Origin: an uncultured Pelagibacteraceae bacterium
GTDB lineage: Bacteria > Pseudomonadota > Alphaproteobacteria > Pelagibacterales > Pelagibacteraceae
Assembly (NCBI GenBank): GCA_902517175.1
Contig: CABYBM010000001.1
Location: 10,536-74,535 of the forward strand
Direction: 5' to 3'
Length of the DNA stretch: 64,000 nt
The notes below the pieces were generated by a model. That model was not told where the DNA came from and did not search any database. It saw only the letters and a list, made by a program, of their open reading frames with translations. How positions within the stretch are numbered: position 1 is the first letter of the stretch; each line of letters opens with the position of its first letter. The position numbers were made by a program, and so were the translations under genes. Of the stretch, positions 29,211-42,077 are shown piece after piece.

Positions 29211-29721
29211 TTTTTTTTTGTAAAATTAATTGACTTAAAAAGTTAAATACTACAAAAAATATTGGATAAAACAAAAATGTAAATCCTGTATTAGTTACGT
29301 AATTCATATAGCTAATCTCTAATAAAAATATCAAATCTAATATAATGACTTGAATTGAATTGATTAAAATCATTGTAAATAAAAATGAAAACCAATCTTT
29401 TACAAAATTTGGACTTAAAGTAATATTCCTTATGTATGCTGTTACTGCGCATAGTATCAAATAACATAAGCTACTTGTACCTATAGGAATACCTACAACA
29501 ACATCATTTATAACCCCTGCTAGAAATATAGAAAAATATCCTAGACTATCAGGATGTCTTAGAGTCCAATAAAAAATTAAAATATAAACAAAATTAAAAG
29601 AGAAATTTTCAATTTTTAAGTAATTAAAATCAAATTCATTAAATACAGAAATAAACAAAATGATCAAAGGTAAGTAGGATAAAAATGCTCTGAAGAATGT
29701 GCTTTTATTTAGAGAAGACAT
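29203..29721 (-). CDS. mreD: Rod shape-determining protein MreD
   Basis: Hydrophobic; FYWTLRHP; lies between mreC and mrdA. Confidence 0.85.
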   Translation of the reverse strand: MSSLNKSTFFRAFLSYLPLIILFISVFNEFDFNYLKIENFSFNFVYILIFYWTLRHPDSLGYFSIFLAGVINDVVVGIPIGTSSLCYLILCAVTAYIRNITLSPNFVKDWFSFLFTMILINSIQVIILDLIFLLEISYMNYVTNTGFTFLFYPIFFVVFNFLSQLILQKKND

Positions 29722-30569
29722 TAATTTTTATCTCCAATACTAAACGAAGTTATTTTAATATAGTTTAATTGTGTAAAATCAGAAAAGAAATTAACTTTAT
29801 TTTTTGAATCTTTTGATATTTTTCCAATGGGTATCCCAGGTTTAAAAAGACCTCCAAGACCCGAAGTATAAATTATTGATTCTACATTATTTAAATCTTT
29901 CTCAATATCATCTTGAGTATGTTCAATTATTCCATAATCCTTACCAGTGCCTGAAACTACTGCTTGAATATTTTGTGGAGCTAAAACTGACGGTATTTTA
30001 CTATTAAGATCGGATAACAATAAGGCTCTAGAATTAGTGTAATTAACCTCAATTATTTGGCCTACGAGATAAACACCATCTATTATTGCCATTCCCATTT
30101 TTACATTATCTTTTGTTCCTTTATTTAAAATAATAGATTTTAGGAAAGGGCTTTCTCGATCAATTAAAACTTTTGCTAATATTTCGTCAGAATTTATATT
30201 TTCGTTAATAAGATTTCTCAACTTTTCATTTTCTAATTTTAAAAAATTGTTTGTTATTTTTTCTTGTTTTAAATTTTCTAGTTCTAATTTTATATCTTTA
30301 TAATTTTTAGATAAATTTAAATGATTTTTGATCTTAAGAGTTAATTCCTGTAGATAATTCTCAGGTTTAGATGCTATATATGAAGATCTATAAATAATTT
30401 CATTAATACTAATCTTTACAAACTGAATAGGTTTAAAATTTACATTACTTAAAATAATTACAACTATTGATAATAATATTAGACTAAGTAATGAAAATTT
30501 TTGTTTATCTTTTTTTTTTAAAAAAGCTGATCTAAAGGCAATTACAAAATCGTCTCTGCCTGAAGCCAT
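29721..30569 (-). CDS. mreC: Rod shape-determining protein MreC
   Basis: ENEKLR coiled coil, SDLNSKIP, TSGLGGLF. Confidence 0.9.
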   Translation of the reverse strand: MASGRDDFVIAFRSAFLKKKDKQKFSLLSLILLSIVVIILSNVNFKPIQFVKISINEIIYRSSYIASKPENYLQELTLKIKNHLNLSKNYKDIKLELENLKQEKITNNFLKLENEKLRNLINENINSDEILAKVLIDRESPFLKSIILNKGTKDNVKMGMAIIDGVYLVGQIIEVNYTNSRALLLSDLNSKIPSVLAPQNIQAVVSGTGKDYGIIEHTQDDIEKDLNNVESIIYTSGLGGLFKPGIPIGKISKDSKNKVNFFSDFTQLNYIKITSFSIGDKN

Positions 30570-30575
30570 CTTTTT

Positions 30576-31610
<1,035 letters not shown>

Positions 31611-33188
31611 TTAAACTCCCTCTTTTACTTTTTGATATTCAATATTTTCAGAAAGAGACTTTTTTTCTCTTTTTATAAGCATTTTATTCAATGCATTTAA
31701 GTAAGCTTTTGCTGATGCAACTAATGTATCTGTATCTGCAGACTGACCAACAGTAGTTCTATCATTTTCCTCAATTTTTACACTCACAGTAGCTTGGGCA
31801 TCTGTTCCTTCAGTTACAGCATGAACTTGATATAAAGATAATTTAACGTCATGCTTATAAAGTTCTTTTATACATTTAAATATTGCATCCACTGGACCGT
31901 CTCCTGTTTGTGAGGTTTTCTTAATATCACCAAAAACATCAAGAGTCATTTCAGCTTTTTGAGGCTCTCCAGTACCAGCGAAAACTTTTAATGATTTTAA
32001 ATTAATTGCATTTATTTTATTATCTACAATCAAACTATCATCAACCAAAGCTACTATATCTTCATCATAAATATGTTTTTTTTTATCTGCTAAAACTTTA
32101 AATTTACCAAATGCTTCTTGAATCACGTCATCTGTAACATTAGTATAACCTAGATCACTCAATTTATCCTTAAATGCATGTCTTCCAGAATGTTTACCCA
32201 TAACTAAAGATGTCTTTTTTACTCCAACACTCTCTGGTGACATAATTTCATAAGTTTCTCTATTTTTTAACATCCCATCTTGATGAATACCTGATTCATG
32301 TGCAAAAGCATTTTTACCAACTATTGCTTTGTTAAATTGGACAGGAAACCCAGTTGCATTTGAAACAATTTTGGAAGCTTTACTTATCAACTCAGTTTTA
32401 ATTCCAGTTTCATAAGGCATTAAATCATTTCTTGTTTTAATAGCCATAACAATTTCTTCTAACGCTGCATTTCCAGCTCTTTCCCCTATTCCATTAATTG
32501 TACATTCAATCTGTCTTACACCTGCAGATAAACCAGCAAGAGCATTAGCTACAGCTAAACCAAGATCATTATGGCAATGTGCAGAAATAATTGCTTTATC
32601 AATGTTAGGAACATTGTTTTTTATATGAGTAATTGTTTTTGCAAATTCTTCAGGTATAGAGTATCCAACTGTATCAGGAATATTTACTGTTGTTGCTCCA
32701 CAATTTATTGCCAACTCAATTGTTTTACACATAAAATCTAAGTTAGTTCTTGTTCCATCTTCACAAGACCATTCAACATCATCAGTAAATTTTTTTGCAT
32801 AAGTAACACTTTCCTTTATTGCATCTAATACCTGATTATCTGTCATATCCAGCTTATGTTTCATATGAACTGGGCTTGTTGATATAAATGTATGAATTCT
32901 AAATCTTTTTGCATGTTTTAAAGATTCATAACATGCATCAATATCTTTTTTTTTAGCTCTTGCTAAACCACATGGAATTGAATTCTTCAAACCTTTGCTT
33001 ATTGCAGAAACTGCCTCAAAATCTCCAGGTGATGTAATTGGAAATCCAGCTTCAATAATATCAATTCCCATGTCGTCAAATACTCTTGAAATTTGAATTT
33101 TTTCTTCGACGCTCATAGATGCGCCAGGTGATTGCTCACCATCTCGCATAGTTGTATCAAAAATATAAACTTTGTCTTGTTCGGTCAT
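31611..33188 (-). CDS. leuA: 2-isopropylmalate synthase (start likely MTEQDK, not the ORF-track start at 33218)
   Basis: FDTTMRDGEQ, HCHNDLG, GERAGN, AHESGIHQDG. Confidence 0.95.
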   Translation of the reverse strand: MTEQDKVYIFDTTMRDGEQSPGASMSVEEKIQISRVFDDMGIDIIEAGFPITSPGDFEAVSAISKGLKNSIPCGLARAKKKDIDACYESLKHAKRFRIHTFISTSPVHMKHKLDMTDNQVLDAIKESVTYAKKFTDDVEWSCEDGTRTNLDFMCKTIELAINCGATTVNIPDTVGYSIPEEFAKTITHIKNNVPNIDKAIISAHCHNDLGLAVANALAGLSAGVRQIECTINGIGERAGNAALEEIVMAIKTRNDLMPYETGIKTELISKASKIVSNATGFPVQFNKAIVGKNAFAHESGIHQDGMLKNRETYEIMSPESVGVKKTSLVMGKHSGRHAFKDKLSDLGYTNVTDDVIQEAFGKFKVLADKKKHIYDEDIVALVDDSLIVDNKINAINLKSLKVFAGTGEPQKAEMTLDVFGDIKKTSQTGDGPVDAIFKCIKELYKHDVKLSLYQVHAVTEGTDAQATVSVKIEENDRTTVGQSADTDTLVASAKAYLNALNKMLIKREKKSLSENIEYQKVKEGV

Positions 33189-33293
33189 AAATAAATTTGT
33201 AGAAAATTTATAATACAATCTATAAGTGAGATTGCAAAATAAATGTTAGATTTCAGGTGAATTTTTAAGACCTTTTTGGGTCTTTATCTAAAT

Positions 33294-34334
<1,041 letters not shown>

Positions 34335-34883
34335 TTAATTAAATATTTTAGCGCCTCTTGTCATCGCAACAGCCCCGGTTCTAGAAGCGCTTATAAGTCC
34401 CCAAGGTTTTAATTTTTTGCTTATTTTATCAATTTCTCTTCTAAGAGCAGTTATTTGAATAACTTTAGATGTTTTAGTTTCATCTAAAACAACTAAATCA
34501 AATTTTTTACAGGCACTTAAACATTTTTCCATTTTCTTTTTGTTTCCAGTAATTTTAAATAATGCCATTTCTTTAAATATAACATTTTTATCTTCTCTTT
34601 TAAATTCAGCAACTTTATGCACAGGCACTAATTTAGCTAATTGAAGTTTGATTTGATCAATTACTTGGGGTGTCCCTGTTGTAACAATTGTAATTCTAGA
34701 AATATTTTTAACCGCATCTACCTCTGCTACTGCTAAAGATTCAATATTGTATCCCCTGCCAGAAAATAGTCCAACAACTCTTGCAAGTACACCGGCCTCA
34801 TTATCAACCCAAACTACAAATATATATGTATCGGATTTCTCTCTTTTAGTCGGAATGCTATAAGCTGATTTTGATTTTGGCAT
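34335..34883 (-). CDS. ilvH: Acetolactate synthase small subunit
   Basis: NEAGVLARVVGLFSGRGYNIESL ACT domain. Confidence 0.93.
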   Translation of the reverse strand: MPKSKSAYSIPTKREKSDTYIFVVWVDNEAGVLARVVGLFSGRGYNIESLAVAEVDAVKNISRITIVTTGTPQVIDQIKLQLAKLVPVHKVAEFKREDKNVIFKEMALFKITGNKKKMEKCLSACKKFDLVVLDETKTSKVIQITALRREIDKISKKLKPWGLISASRTGAVAMTRGAKIFN

Positions 34884-34888
34884 TATAA

Positions 34889-36655
34889 TTAAACTAAGGC
34901 TTTGCCTTTACCCTTGATTTTGTTCTCTTCCTGATCATTGGGCCCTAAGATCATCTGATTATGAGGTTTTCCTGAAGGTATCATTGGGAAACAATTTTCA
35001 TTAGGATCAACGTGACAATCAAAAATAACCGGACCTTTGTAATCTATCATTTCTTGAATTTTCTCGTCTAACTCAGACGGGTTTTCTGCTTTAATTCCTT
35101 TGCAGCCGTAAGCTTCAGCCATTTTTAAAAAATCTGGAAGTGCTTCAGAGTAACTCTCTGAATAGTTTTTTTCATGTAAAAGCTCTTGCCATTGTCTAAC
35201 CATTCCCATGTACTGGTTGTTCAAAATAAAGATTTTAATTGGTAGGTTATATTGAACTGCTGTGGACATTTCTTGCATTGTCATTAATACAGAGGCCTCA
35301 CCAGCAATATCAACTACTAACTTTTCAGGGTGTGCAATTTGCACTCCTACTGCTGCTGGTAACCCATAGCCCATTGTGCCTAAACCTCCAGATGTCATCC
35401 ATCTATTTGGTTTATTAAATTTGTAATGTTGTGCCGCCCACATTTGATGTTGACCGACTTCAGTTGTCACATAAGTATCTTTATCTTTTGTTAACTCATA
35501 CAATCTTTGAACTGCATGTTGAGGCTTGATGCTATCATTGCTGTTGACAAAATTAAGAGAGTCTTTGCCTCTCCATTTTTGTATTTGTTCCCACCACTTA
35601 GCAATATTTGATTTATTAGATTTGTTGTGGCCATTTTTTTTCTTCAATATTGTTTTGTTTACTTTACCGATTACTTTCGTAACATCACCTACTATAGCAA
35701 GATCAACTTTAATAATTTTATTTATAGACGAAGGATCTATATCAATATGAACTTTTTTTGAGTTTGGCGAAAATTCATCTATTTTTCCAGTGATACGATC
35801 ATCAAATCTTGCACCAATATTTATTAAAAGATCACAATCATGCATAGCATTGTTGGCTTCATAAGTTCCATGCATACCTAACATTCCAAGGAATTGATTG
35901 TCATCACCAGGATATGCACCTAAGCCCTGAAGAGTGGAAGTGATTGGAAATCCTGTTAATTCGACAAACTCTCTTAATGCATCACTTGCCTTAGGGCCTG
36001 AATTAATTACTCCTCCACCACTATAAATTACTGGTTTTTTAGCATTTTTTAATAAATCAATTAGTTGATCTATTTGTTTTTGAGAAAATTTATTATTTGA
36101 TTTTCCATTCAATTTTTTTTCTTTTTTTGGTTTTTTATATTTGGTTTTTGCAAATTGAATATCTTTTGGAATATCAACTAAAACAGGACCTGGTCTTCCT
36201 GTGGTTGCAACTTTAAATGCTTCATGCATTATTTCTGATAAATCATTTATATCTTTTACCAACCAATTATGTTTTGTGCAGGGCCTAGTAATACCAGTAG
36301 TATCACATTCTTGAAATGCGTCAGTTCCGATTAAATGTGTTGGAACTTGACCAGAGATACAAACCAAAGGAACCGAATCCATATATGCATCTGTTAACGC
36401 TGTAACAACATTGGTTGCACCAGGTCCAGACGTAACTAAAACAACTCCAGGCTTACCAGATGATCTCGCATATCCTTCAGCAGCATGACCAGCACCTTGT
36501 TCATGTCTCACCAATATATGTTTAATAGAAGTATGATTTTTAAGCTCATCATAGATTGGTAAAACTGCTCCACCAGGATATCCAAAAATATGTTCCACCT
36601 TTTGATCTTCAAGGCATTTAAAAACAATTTCTGCTCCTGTGTATAATTTTGGCAT
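34889..36655 (-). CDS. ilvB: Acetolactate synthase large subunit
   Basis: FGYPGGA, RHEQ, TSGPGATN, RFDDR, GMVRQWQ. Confidence 0.96.
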   Translation of the reverse strand: MPKLYTGAEIVFKCLEDQKVEHIFGYPGGAVLPIYDELKNHTSIKHILVRHEQGAGHAAEGYARSSGKPGVVLVTSGPGATNVVTALTDAYMDSVPLVCISGQVPTHLIGTDAFQECDTTGITRPCTKHNWLVKDINDLSEIMHEAFKVATTGRPGPVLVDIPKDIQFAKTKYKKPKKEKKLNGKSNNKFSQKQIDQLIDLLKNAKKPVIYSGGGVINSGPKASDALREFVELTGFPITSTLQGLGAYPGDDNQFLGMLGMHGTYEANNAMHDCDLLINIGARFDDRITGKIDEFSPNSKKVHIDIDPSSINKIIKVDLAIVGDVTKVIGKVNKTILKKKNGHNKSNKSNIAKWWEQIQKWRGKDSLNFVNSNDSIKPQHAVQRLYELTKDKDTYVTTEVGQHQMWAAQHYKFNKPNRWMTSGGLGTMGYGLPAAVGVQIAHPEKLVVDIAGEASVLMTMQEMSTAVQYNLPIKIFILNNQYMGMVRQWQELLHEKNYSESYSEALPDFLKMAEAYGCKGIKAENPSELDEKIQEMIDYKGPVIFDCHVDPNENCFPMIPSGKPHNQMILGPNDQEENKIKGKGKALV

Positions 36656-36660
36656 TTCGC

Positions 36661-36691
36661 AATCTAGCTGAAGTTGTGCTGATTGGTCAAG
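36661..36691 (-). promoter_or_regulatory. Putative sigma70 promoter giving a leaderless ilvB transcript
   Basis: Minus strand CTTGACC-18 nt-TAGATT-GCGAA-ATG. Confidence 0.5.
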
Positions 36692-36706
36692 TTTTGATTG
36701 AGATAT

Positions 36707-37615
36707 TTAAATTTTTTTTAAAAAATTATTTAACTCATTCGGTTTTAATTTTAGCCAACTATTCATGTTGCCTCTTGCCCATGTGCTTTGTCTTTTAGCG
36801 TATTGCCTAGTTTTTATTGATATATTTTCAATAATATCTTCCAGTTCTTTTTCATTATTTAGGTATTGTTTGATTTCATTGATACCAATGGCCTTATTAA
36901 CACTTTTGTCTTTTTTGACCTTTGATTTGATAAAATTTTTTACTTCTTTAATCGCTCCATTTTTAATCATTTCCTTGGATCTGAGATTAATTCTCTCAAT
37001 CAATTCCAAACGAGGAAAGTCAATATAAATTTTACAAAAATCACTTTTTTTAAAATTAGATTTAGTATTTTTATACCATTCATGAATTGATTTCTTGGTA
37101 TATAATTTTACTTCATAGGCTCTTATGGATCTATGCGAATCTGTTTGATTAATTTTATTTTTAGAAGCTGGGTCAAGTTTTAAAAGTTTATTATAAAATT
37201 GTTTTTGGCCTATCTTTAAATGATGTGCTCTTATTTTATTTCTAAACTTGATTGGTATGTTTGGAATTTTTACAAGTCCTTCAGTTAATGCCTTAAAATA
37301 TAAACCTGTACCTCCTACAAGGATTGGTGTTTTTTTTCTTTTTTTTATTTCTTCAATTTTTTTGAAAACTAATTTCAACCAATTCCCAGTTGAAAAATTT
37401 TTCTTTACATCATGAAAGCCATATAGGTGGTGTCTTATTTTTTGATATTTTTTTTGATCTGGTCTTGCTGAAAGAATCTTTAATTGCTTATAAACCTGTA
37501 TGCTATCTGCATTTATAATTTCTCCATTTACTTTTTTGGCAAGGTTAATAGCAAAACTTGATTTTCCTGAAGCAGTTGGTCCAGAAATTAATATAATCTT
37601 GGACTTAAAATCCAT
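36707..37615 (-). CDS. miaA: tRNA dimethylallyltransferase
   Basis: GPTASGKS, NADSIQVY, VGGTGLY, TRQYAKRQ. Confidence 0.95.
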   Translation of the reverse strand: MDFKSKIILISGPTASGKSSFAINLAKKVNGEIINADSIQVYKQLKILSARPDQKKYQKIRHHLYGFHDVKKNFSTGNWLKLVFKKIEEIKKRKKTPILVGGTGLYFKALTEGLVKIPNIPIKFRNKIRAHHLKIGQKQFYNKLLKLDPASKNKINQTDSHRSIRAYEVKLYTKKSIHEWYKNTKSNFKKSDFCKIYIDFPRLELIERINLRSKEMIKNGAIKEVKNFIKSKVKKDKSVNKAIGINEIKQYLNNEKELEDIIENISIKTRQYAKRQSTWARGNMNSWLKLKPNELNNFLKKI

Positions 37616-37617
37616 GA

Positions 37618-39027
37618 TTAGTCTAACTTAATTCCAATATATCTTCTCTGATTTTGATTGTTATAAATTGCAAGCAATATTGTTTTTTGATTTGAGTTTA
37701 AAACTTGCTTGGTAATTTGTTTTAAATCATCAATAGATTTTATTCTTTCTTTTTGAGCCTCGACTATAATACTATTCACCTCAATTGAGCCAGCTAAAGG
37801 ACTATTATTTTGAATGCTCGTGATCACAAGTCCAGTAGTTTGATTTGGAAGTTTACGATTTTTTATATCTTTTTTATTAAGTGATCTTACAGTTATTTTT
37901 AAATCTTCAATTTGATCAGTAGTATCTACTGTTTTTTGTTTTTCACTAACTTTAAAATCTTCAGATGTTTCAAGTCTTCCTAAGAGAACATTTTTTATAA
38001 TTTCTTTTTTGTCTCTCCATATTTTAACTTCAACATTTTTACCAACTTGTGTCCTAGCAACTATTGCCGGTAGTTCTTTCATTTGATTAATTCTTTCACC
38101 ATTAAATTCTAAAATAATATCGCCAGCTTTTATTCCAGCTTTTTCTGATGGACTGTTCTCTGCAACACTTGCAACTAAAGCTCCTCTTGGTTTGTCTAAT
38201 TTTTCAACCTCTGCAATTTCTTTAGTGACATCTTGTATTCTTACACCCAACCATCCTCTTTTAGTTTCTCCAAACTCTATCAGTTGATTGATTACAATTT
38301 GAGCACTGTTTGATGGAATTGAAAATCCAATACCAATTGAACCGTTTCGACCTAAAATAGCTGTATTAATCCCTATAACATTTCCTTCCATATCAAACAA
38401 AGGTCCACCAGAATTTCCTGAATTAATTGATGCATCGGTTTGTATGAAATCTTCGTATCTAGACAGTCCAATTGATCTGTTTCTTGCTGAAATAATTCCA
38501 GCTGTAACTGTGCCCCCTAAACCAAATGGATTTCCAATTGCAATCACCCAGTCACCTATTCTAGCTTTATTGGAATCTCCAAAGGAAACAGGTATAAACT
38601 TTTCATCCGTTTCTAATTGTAAAACAGCTATATCCATTAATGGATCTGCGCCTAAAACTTTTGCCTTAAACTCTTGATCACCATTTACTCTAACAATTAT
38701 GTCGTCTGCATCTTGGATTACATGATTGTTAGTTATAACAATTCCTTTTTCATCAACTATAAATCCAGATCCTAATGCAGCTGATTGTCTTTCTTGAGGA
38801 TCTCCAAACTCTTTAAACATGTCTCCAAATGGTGATCCTGGAGGAAATTGAAATGGAAGTGGATTAGATTTTGTAACTACGGTTGTTGATGTCGAAATGT
38901 TTACAACAGATGGCATTAATTTTTCAGCAAGATCAGCAAATGACTCTGGAACAGGCTTAGAATAAGATTGTTTTAAAAAACCAAAAGATAGAATGATAGT
39001 TACAAAGATAATTTTGAATTTTGTCAT
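37618..39027 (-). CDS. degP: DegP/DegQ periplasmic serine protease with PDZ domains
   Basis: TNNHV, DIAVL, GNSGGPL; PDZ GWLGV. Confidence 0.92.
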   Translation of the reverse strand: MTKFKIIFVTIILSFGFLKQSYSKPVPESFADLAEKLMPSVVNISTSTTVVTKSNPLPFQFPPGSPFGDMFKEFGDPQERQSAALGSGFIVDEKGIVITNNHVIQDADDIIVRVNGDQEFKAKVLGADPLMDIAVLQLETDEKFIPVSFGDSNKARIGDWVIAIGNPFGLGGTVTAGIISARNRSIGLSRYEDFIQTDASINSGNSGGPLFDMEGNVIGINTAILGRNGSIGIGFSIPSNSAQIVINQLIEFGETKRGWLGVRIQDVTKEIAEVEKLDKPRGALVASVAENSPSEKAGIKAGDIILEFNGERINQMKELPAIVARTQVGKNVEVKIWRDKKEIIKNVLLGRLETSEDFKVSEKQKTVDTTDQIEDLKITVRSLNKKDIKNRKLPNQTTGLVITSIQNNSPLAGSIEVNSIIVEAQKERIKSIDDLKQITKQVLNSNQKTILLAIYNNQNQRRYIGIKLD

Positions 39028-39028
39028 T

Positions 39029-39214
39029 TTAACTTTTTATATAGTAAATAATTATAAATCCTATAATTGCAAAGATAAGTCCTCCAGATCTCAATTGACT
39101 ATCTTTCACAAGTTCCAATTTTTTTAACATATTTTTCATTTTTGCTGGAAATATGGCATATAAAATTCCCTCAATGAATAAGAATAAACCAAAAGCTATA
39201 ACTAGCTCATTCAT
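39029..39214 (-). CDS. DUF2065 (YjeT-like) small membrane protein
   Basis: IEGILYAIFP, LRSGG; typical position after hflC. Confidence 0.85.
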   Translation of the reverse strand: MNELVIAFGLFLFIEGILYAIFPAKMKNMLKKLELVKDSQLRSGGLIFAIIGFIIIYYIKS

Positions 39215-39221
39215 TTAAAGA

Positions 39222-40094
39222 TTATTGTTGGATTTCAGGTTTTATGTTTCCAAAAAATTTGAAGAATTCACTATCAGGGGATAAAATTAGAGAAGTTTCT
39301 CCTCCAATTAACGCCTTTTCATATGCCTGCATTGCTCTATAAAATGCAAAAAATTCAGGATCTTGACCAAAGGCATCAGCAAAGATTTTGTTTCTCAAAC
39401 CATCACCTTCCCCTTTCATAATCTCTGATTGTTTTTGGGACTCTGCTAAAATAACTGTTACTTCTTTATCTGCAGTTGAAGTTATAGTAACTGCCATTTC
39501 TGCACCTTTTGCTCTAAATTCTTTTGCTTCTCTTTCCCTCTCTGTTTGCATTCTTCGATAAATTGCATCACTGTTTGCTTGTGGAAGATCAGCTCTTTTA
39601 ATTCTTACATCTACAATTGTAATTCCAAAATTTTTAGCTTCATTATTTACACCTTCTTTAATCAAAGACATTTGTTTTGATCTATCTTGAGATAGTAATG
39701 TTTGTAATTCTTCTTGACCTAAAACATTTCTAATTCGTGAGTTTATAATTGTAGATAATCTTGATCTCGCAACTCTTTCATCTCCAACAGAAATATAAAA
39801 TTGCAACGGATCAACTATTTTAAATCTTGCAAATGCATCAACAATTAAACGTTTTTGATCAGAGGCAATTACTTCCTCTGGAGGTGTATCCAAGTTTAAT
39901 ATTCTTTTATCTAGATAAACAACATTTTGAATAAATGGAATTTTAAAATTTAGTCCTGGTTTAGTTATTATTCTTTTTGGATCACCAAATTGGAGAATGA
40001 TAGCTTGATTAACTTCTTTAACGATAATTACTGACAAAAATGCTAAAATACCTAATGCAATAATTAATCCACCTAAAATTTTTCCAGTTTTCAT
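39222..40094 (-). CDS. hflC: FtsH modulator HflC
   Basis: PGLNFKIPF, VDVRIKRADLP, RMQTERE, DPEFFAFYR. Confidence 0.95.
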   Translation of the reverse strand: MKTGKILGGLIIALGILAFLSVIIVKEVNQAIILQFGDPKRIITKPGLNFKIPFIQNVVYLDKRILNLDTPPEEVIASDQKRLIVDAFARFKIVDPLQFYISVGDERVARSRLSTIINSRIRNVLGQEELQTLLSQDRSKQMSLIKEGVNNEAKNFGITIVDVRIKRADLPQANSDAIYRRMQTEREREAKEFRAKGAEMAVTITSTADKEVTVILAESQKQSEIMKGEGDGLRNKIFADAFGQDPEFFAFYRAMQAYEKALIGGETSLILSPDSEFFKFFGNIKPEIQQ

Positions 40095-41201
40095 TTAATT
40101 AGTCACTTTCTTTTTACTTAATTCAGGAAGTGGTAAGTAAGGAACTACACCTGAACCTGCATTTTTTTCAATAATTACTTTATCAATATCAGCTAAAACT
40201 TTTTCCATTGTCTCTAAATACATTCTTTCCTGTGTTACTACTTTTGCATTTTTATACTCATTATATATGGATACAAATCTACTAGCTTCACCTTCTGCTT
40301 TAGCTACAACCTCTTTTTTATAAGCTTCAGCAGCTTGTAATATTTTTTGGCCTTCCCCTCTAGCTCTTGGGATAACATCATTTGCATAAGCCTCAGCTTC
40401 ATTTTTAGATCTTTCCATATCAGCTCTTGCAGCCTGTACATCTCTAAAAGCGTCAATTACTTGATCTGGTGGGTCAGCTTTCTGCGTCTGCACTTGTGTA
40501 ATTTGAATTCCACTCTCATAATCATCTAAAATATTTTGAATAATTTCTTGTGTTTCAACCTCAATTTTAGATCTACCTTCTGTTAAAATTGGTTGAATAT
40601 CACTTTTTGCAATAACCTCTCTCATTGCTGTTTCTGCTGCAGCTTTAACTGTTCCTTCAGGGTCTTGGATTTTAAATAAAAAATTGCCTGCATCTTTAAT
40701 TACCCAAAATACAGAAAAATCTATGTTAACAATATTCTCATCACCTGTTAGCATTAAACTTTCTTGTGGAACATCTGCAACACCACCACCAGTAGAGAAA
40801 CCGCTATCTCTCTCAGATCTAAATCCAATATCTATTCTATTAACTTTGGTGACCTTTGGTGTAAGTACATTTTCTACAGGAAAAGGTACGTGATAATTTA
40901 ATCCTGGTTGAGTAGTTTTAATAAACTTACCAAATCTTAGTACAACACCTTGTTCGTCAGGGAGAACTCTATAAAGTCCACTCGCCAACCAAACAAAAGC
41001 TAAAACTAATAATATTAACACGATTGATTTACCTCCTGATGATTTCCCACCAGGTAAAAATTTTTTAATTTTATCTTGAATTTCTTTTATGATTTCATCA
41101 ATGTTCGGAGGTCTTGGACCTCTACCTGATCCATTATTACTTCCGCCACCTGGAGGTGATCCCCATGGGCTTCCACCTCTTCCTCTAAAATCATCTGACA
41201 T
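40095..41201 (-). CDS. hflK: FtsH modulator HflK
   Basis: Gly-rich N-terminus PWG...PP, MLTGDENIV, AFRDVQAA. Confidence 0.95.
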   Translation of the reverse strand: MSDDFRGRGGSPWGSPPGGGSNNGSGRGPRPPNIDEIIKEIQDKIKKFLPGGKSSGGKSIVLILLVLAFVWLASGLYRVLPDEQGVVLRFGKFIKTTQPGLNYHVPFPVENVLTPKVTKVNRIDIGFRSERDSGFSTGGGVADVPQESLMLTGDENIVNIDFSVFWVIKDAGNFLFKIQDPEGTVKAAAETAMREVIAKSDIQPILTEGRSKIEVETQEIIQNILDDYESGIQITQVQTQKADPPDQVIDAFRDVQAARADMERSKNEAEAYANDVIPRARGEGQKILQAAEAYKKEVVAKAEGEASRFVSIYNEYKNAKVVTQERMYLETMEKVLADIDKVIIEKNAGSGVVPYLPLPELSKKKVTN

Positions 41202-41211
41202 ATGTCGAAGT

Positions 41212-41239
41212 ATATAGTGTCTTTATTATAAAAAACAAG
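41212..41239 (-). promoter_or_regulatory. Putative RpoH (sigma32)-type promoter of hflKC-degP
   Basis: Minus strand CTTG-N18-CTATAT, resembling the alphaproteobacterial RpoH consensus. Confidence 0.45.
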
Positions 41240-41252
41240 TAATGATAGTTAT

Positions 41253-42077
41253 ATGTCGGATAAAAAGCCTGAACTTAGTGCCGCAATGAAACAGAAACTT
41301 GAGCCTAAAAAATTCACAAAAAATCCAATATTAGGAACCAAATTTACAATCGCAATTTCAAGCGCAAAGGGTGGGGTTGGAAAATCTACTTTTGCTACAA
41401 ATTTAGCTTTAGCCCTAAAACAAATTGGATGTAAAGTAGGATTATTAGATGCTGACATTTATGGTCCTTCAATTCCCAAAATGTTCAATATTAGTGAAAA
41501 ACCAAAAAGTGATGGTCAAAAATTAGAACCTATTGTCAAATATGATATACAATGTATGTCAATTGGTTTCTTAGCCGACCAACAGACACCAATGATATGG
41601 CGTGGACCAATGGTTACAAGCGCAATTAAAACTTTTACTCAAAAAGTTAATTGGAAAGATTTAGATTTTATAGTTGTTGATATGCCACCTGGCACTGGAG
41701 ATACACAATTAACTTTTTCACAAGAAATAAAAATGGATGGTGCAATAATCGTTTCTACCCCGCAGGAAGTTGCTCTTTTAGACGTCAAAAGAGGTATAAA
41801 AATGTTTGATAAACTTGGGGTAAAAATCTTAGGGTTAGTAGATAATATGAGTTTTTTTATTGGAGATGATGGTAAAAAATATAAAATATTTGGCGAAGGG
41901 GGTGTTAAAAAAACTGCCGAAGAATTTCAAAAAGAATTTTTAGGTGAAATACCAATTAATCCTGAAGTGGGGAAAACTTCAGATGAAGGAAAACCCTTAG
42001 TTGAGGCAAATCCAGATCACGAGATTTCAAAAATATATTTGGATTTTGCTAATAAAATTAAATCAACTTATCTTTAA
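41253..42077 (+). CDS. mrp: Mrp/ApbC Fe-S cluster carrier ATPase
   Basis: [31 protein letters not shown]. Confidence 0.93.
   Translation: MSDKKPELSAAMKQKLEPKKFTKNPILGTKFTIAISSAKGGVGKSTFATNLALALKQIGCKVGLLDADIYGPSIPKMFNISEKPKSDGQKLEPIVKYDIQCMSIGFLADQQTPMIWRGPMVTSAIKTFTQKVNWKDLDFIVVDMPPGTGDTQLTFSQEIKMDGAIIVSTPQEVALLDVKRGIKMFDKLGVKILGLVDNMSFFIGDDGKKYKIFGEGGVKKTAEEFQKEFLGEIPINPEVGKTSDEGKPLVEANPDHEISKIYLDFANKIKSTYL

Noticed and set aside
33267-33284. AAGACC...GGTCTT hairpin between ilvC and leuA as a leu attenuator
   Set aside because: No Leu-rich leader peptide or U-tract in the transcribed direction; at most a weak ilvC 3' hairpin
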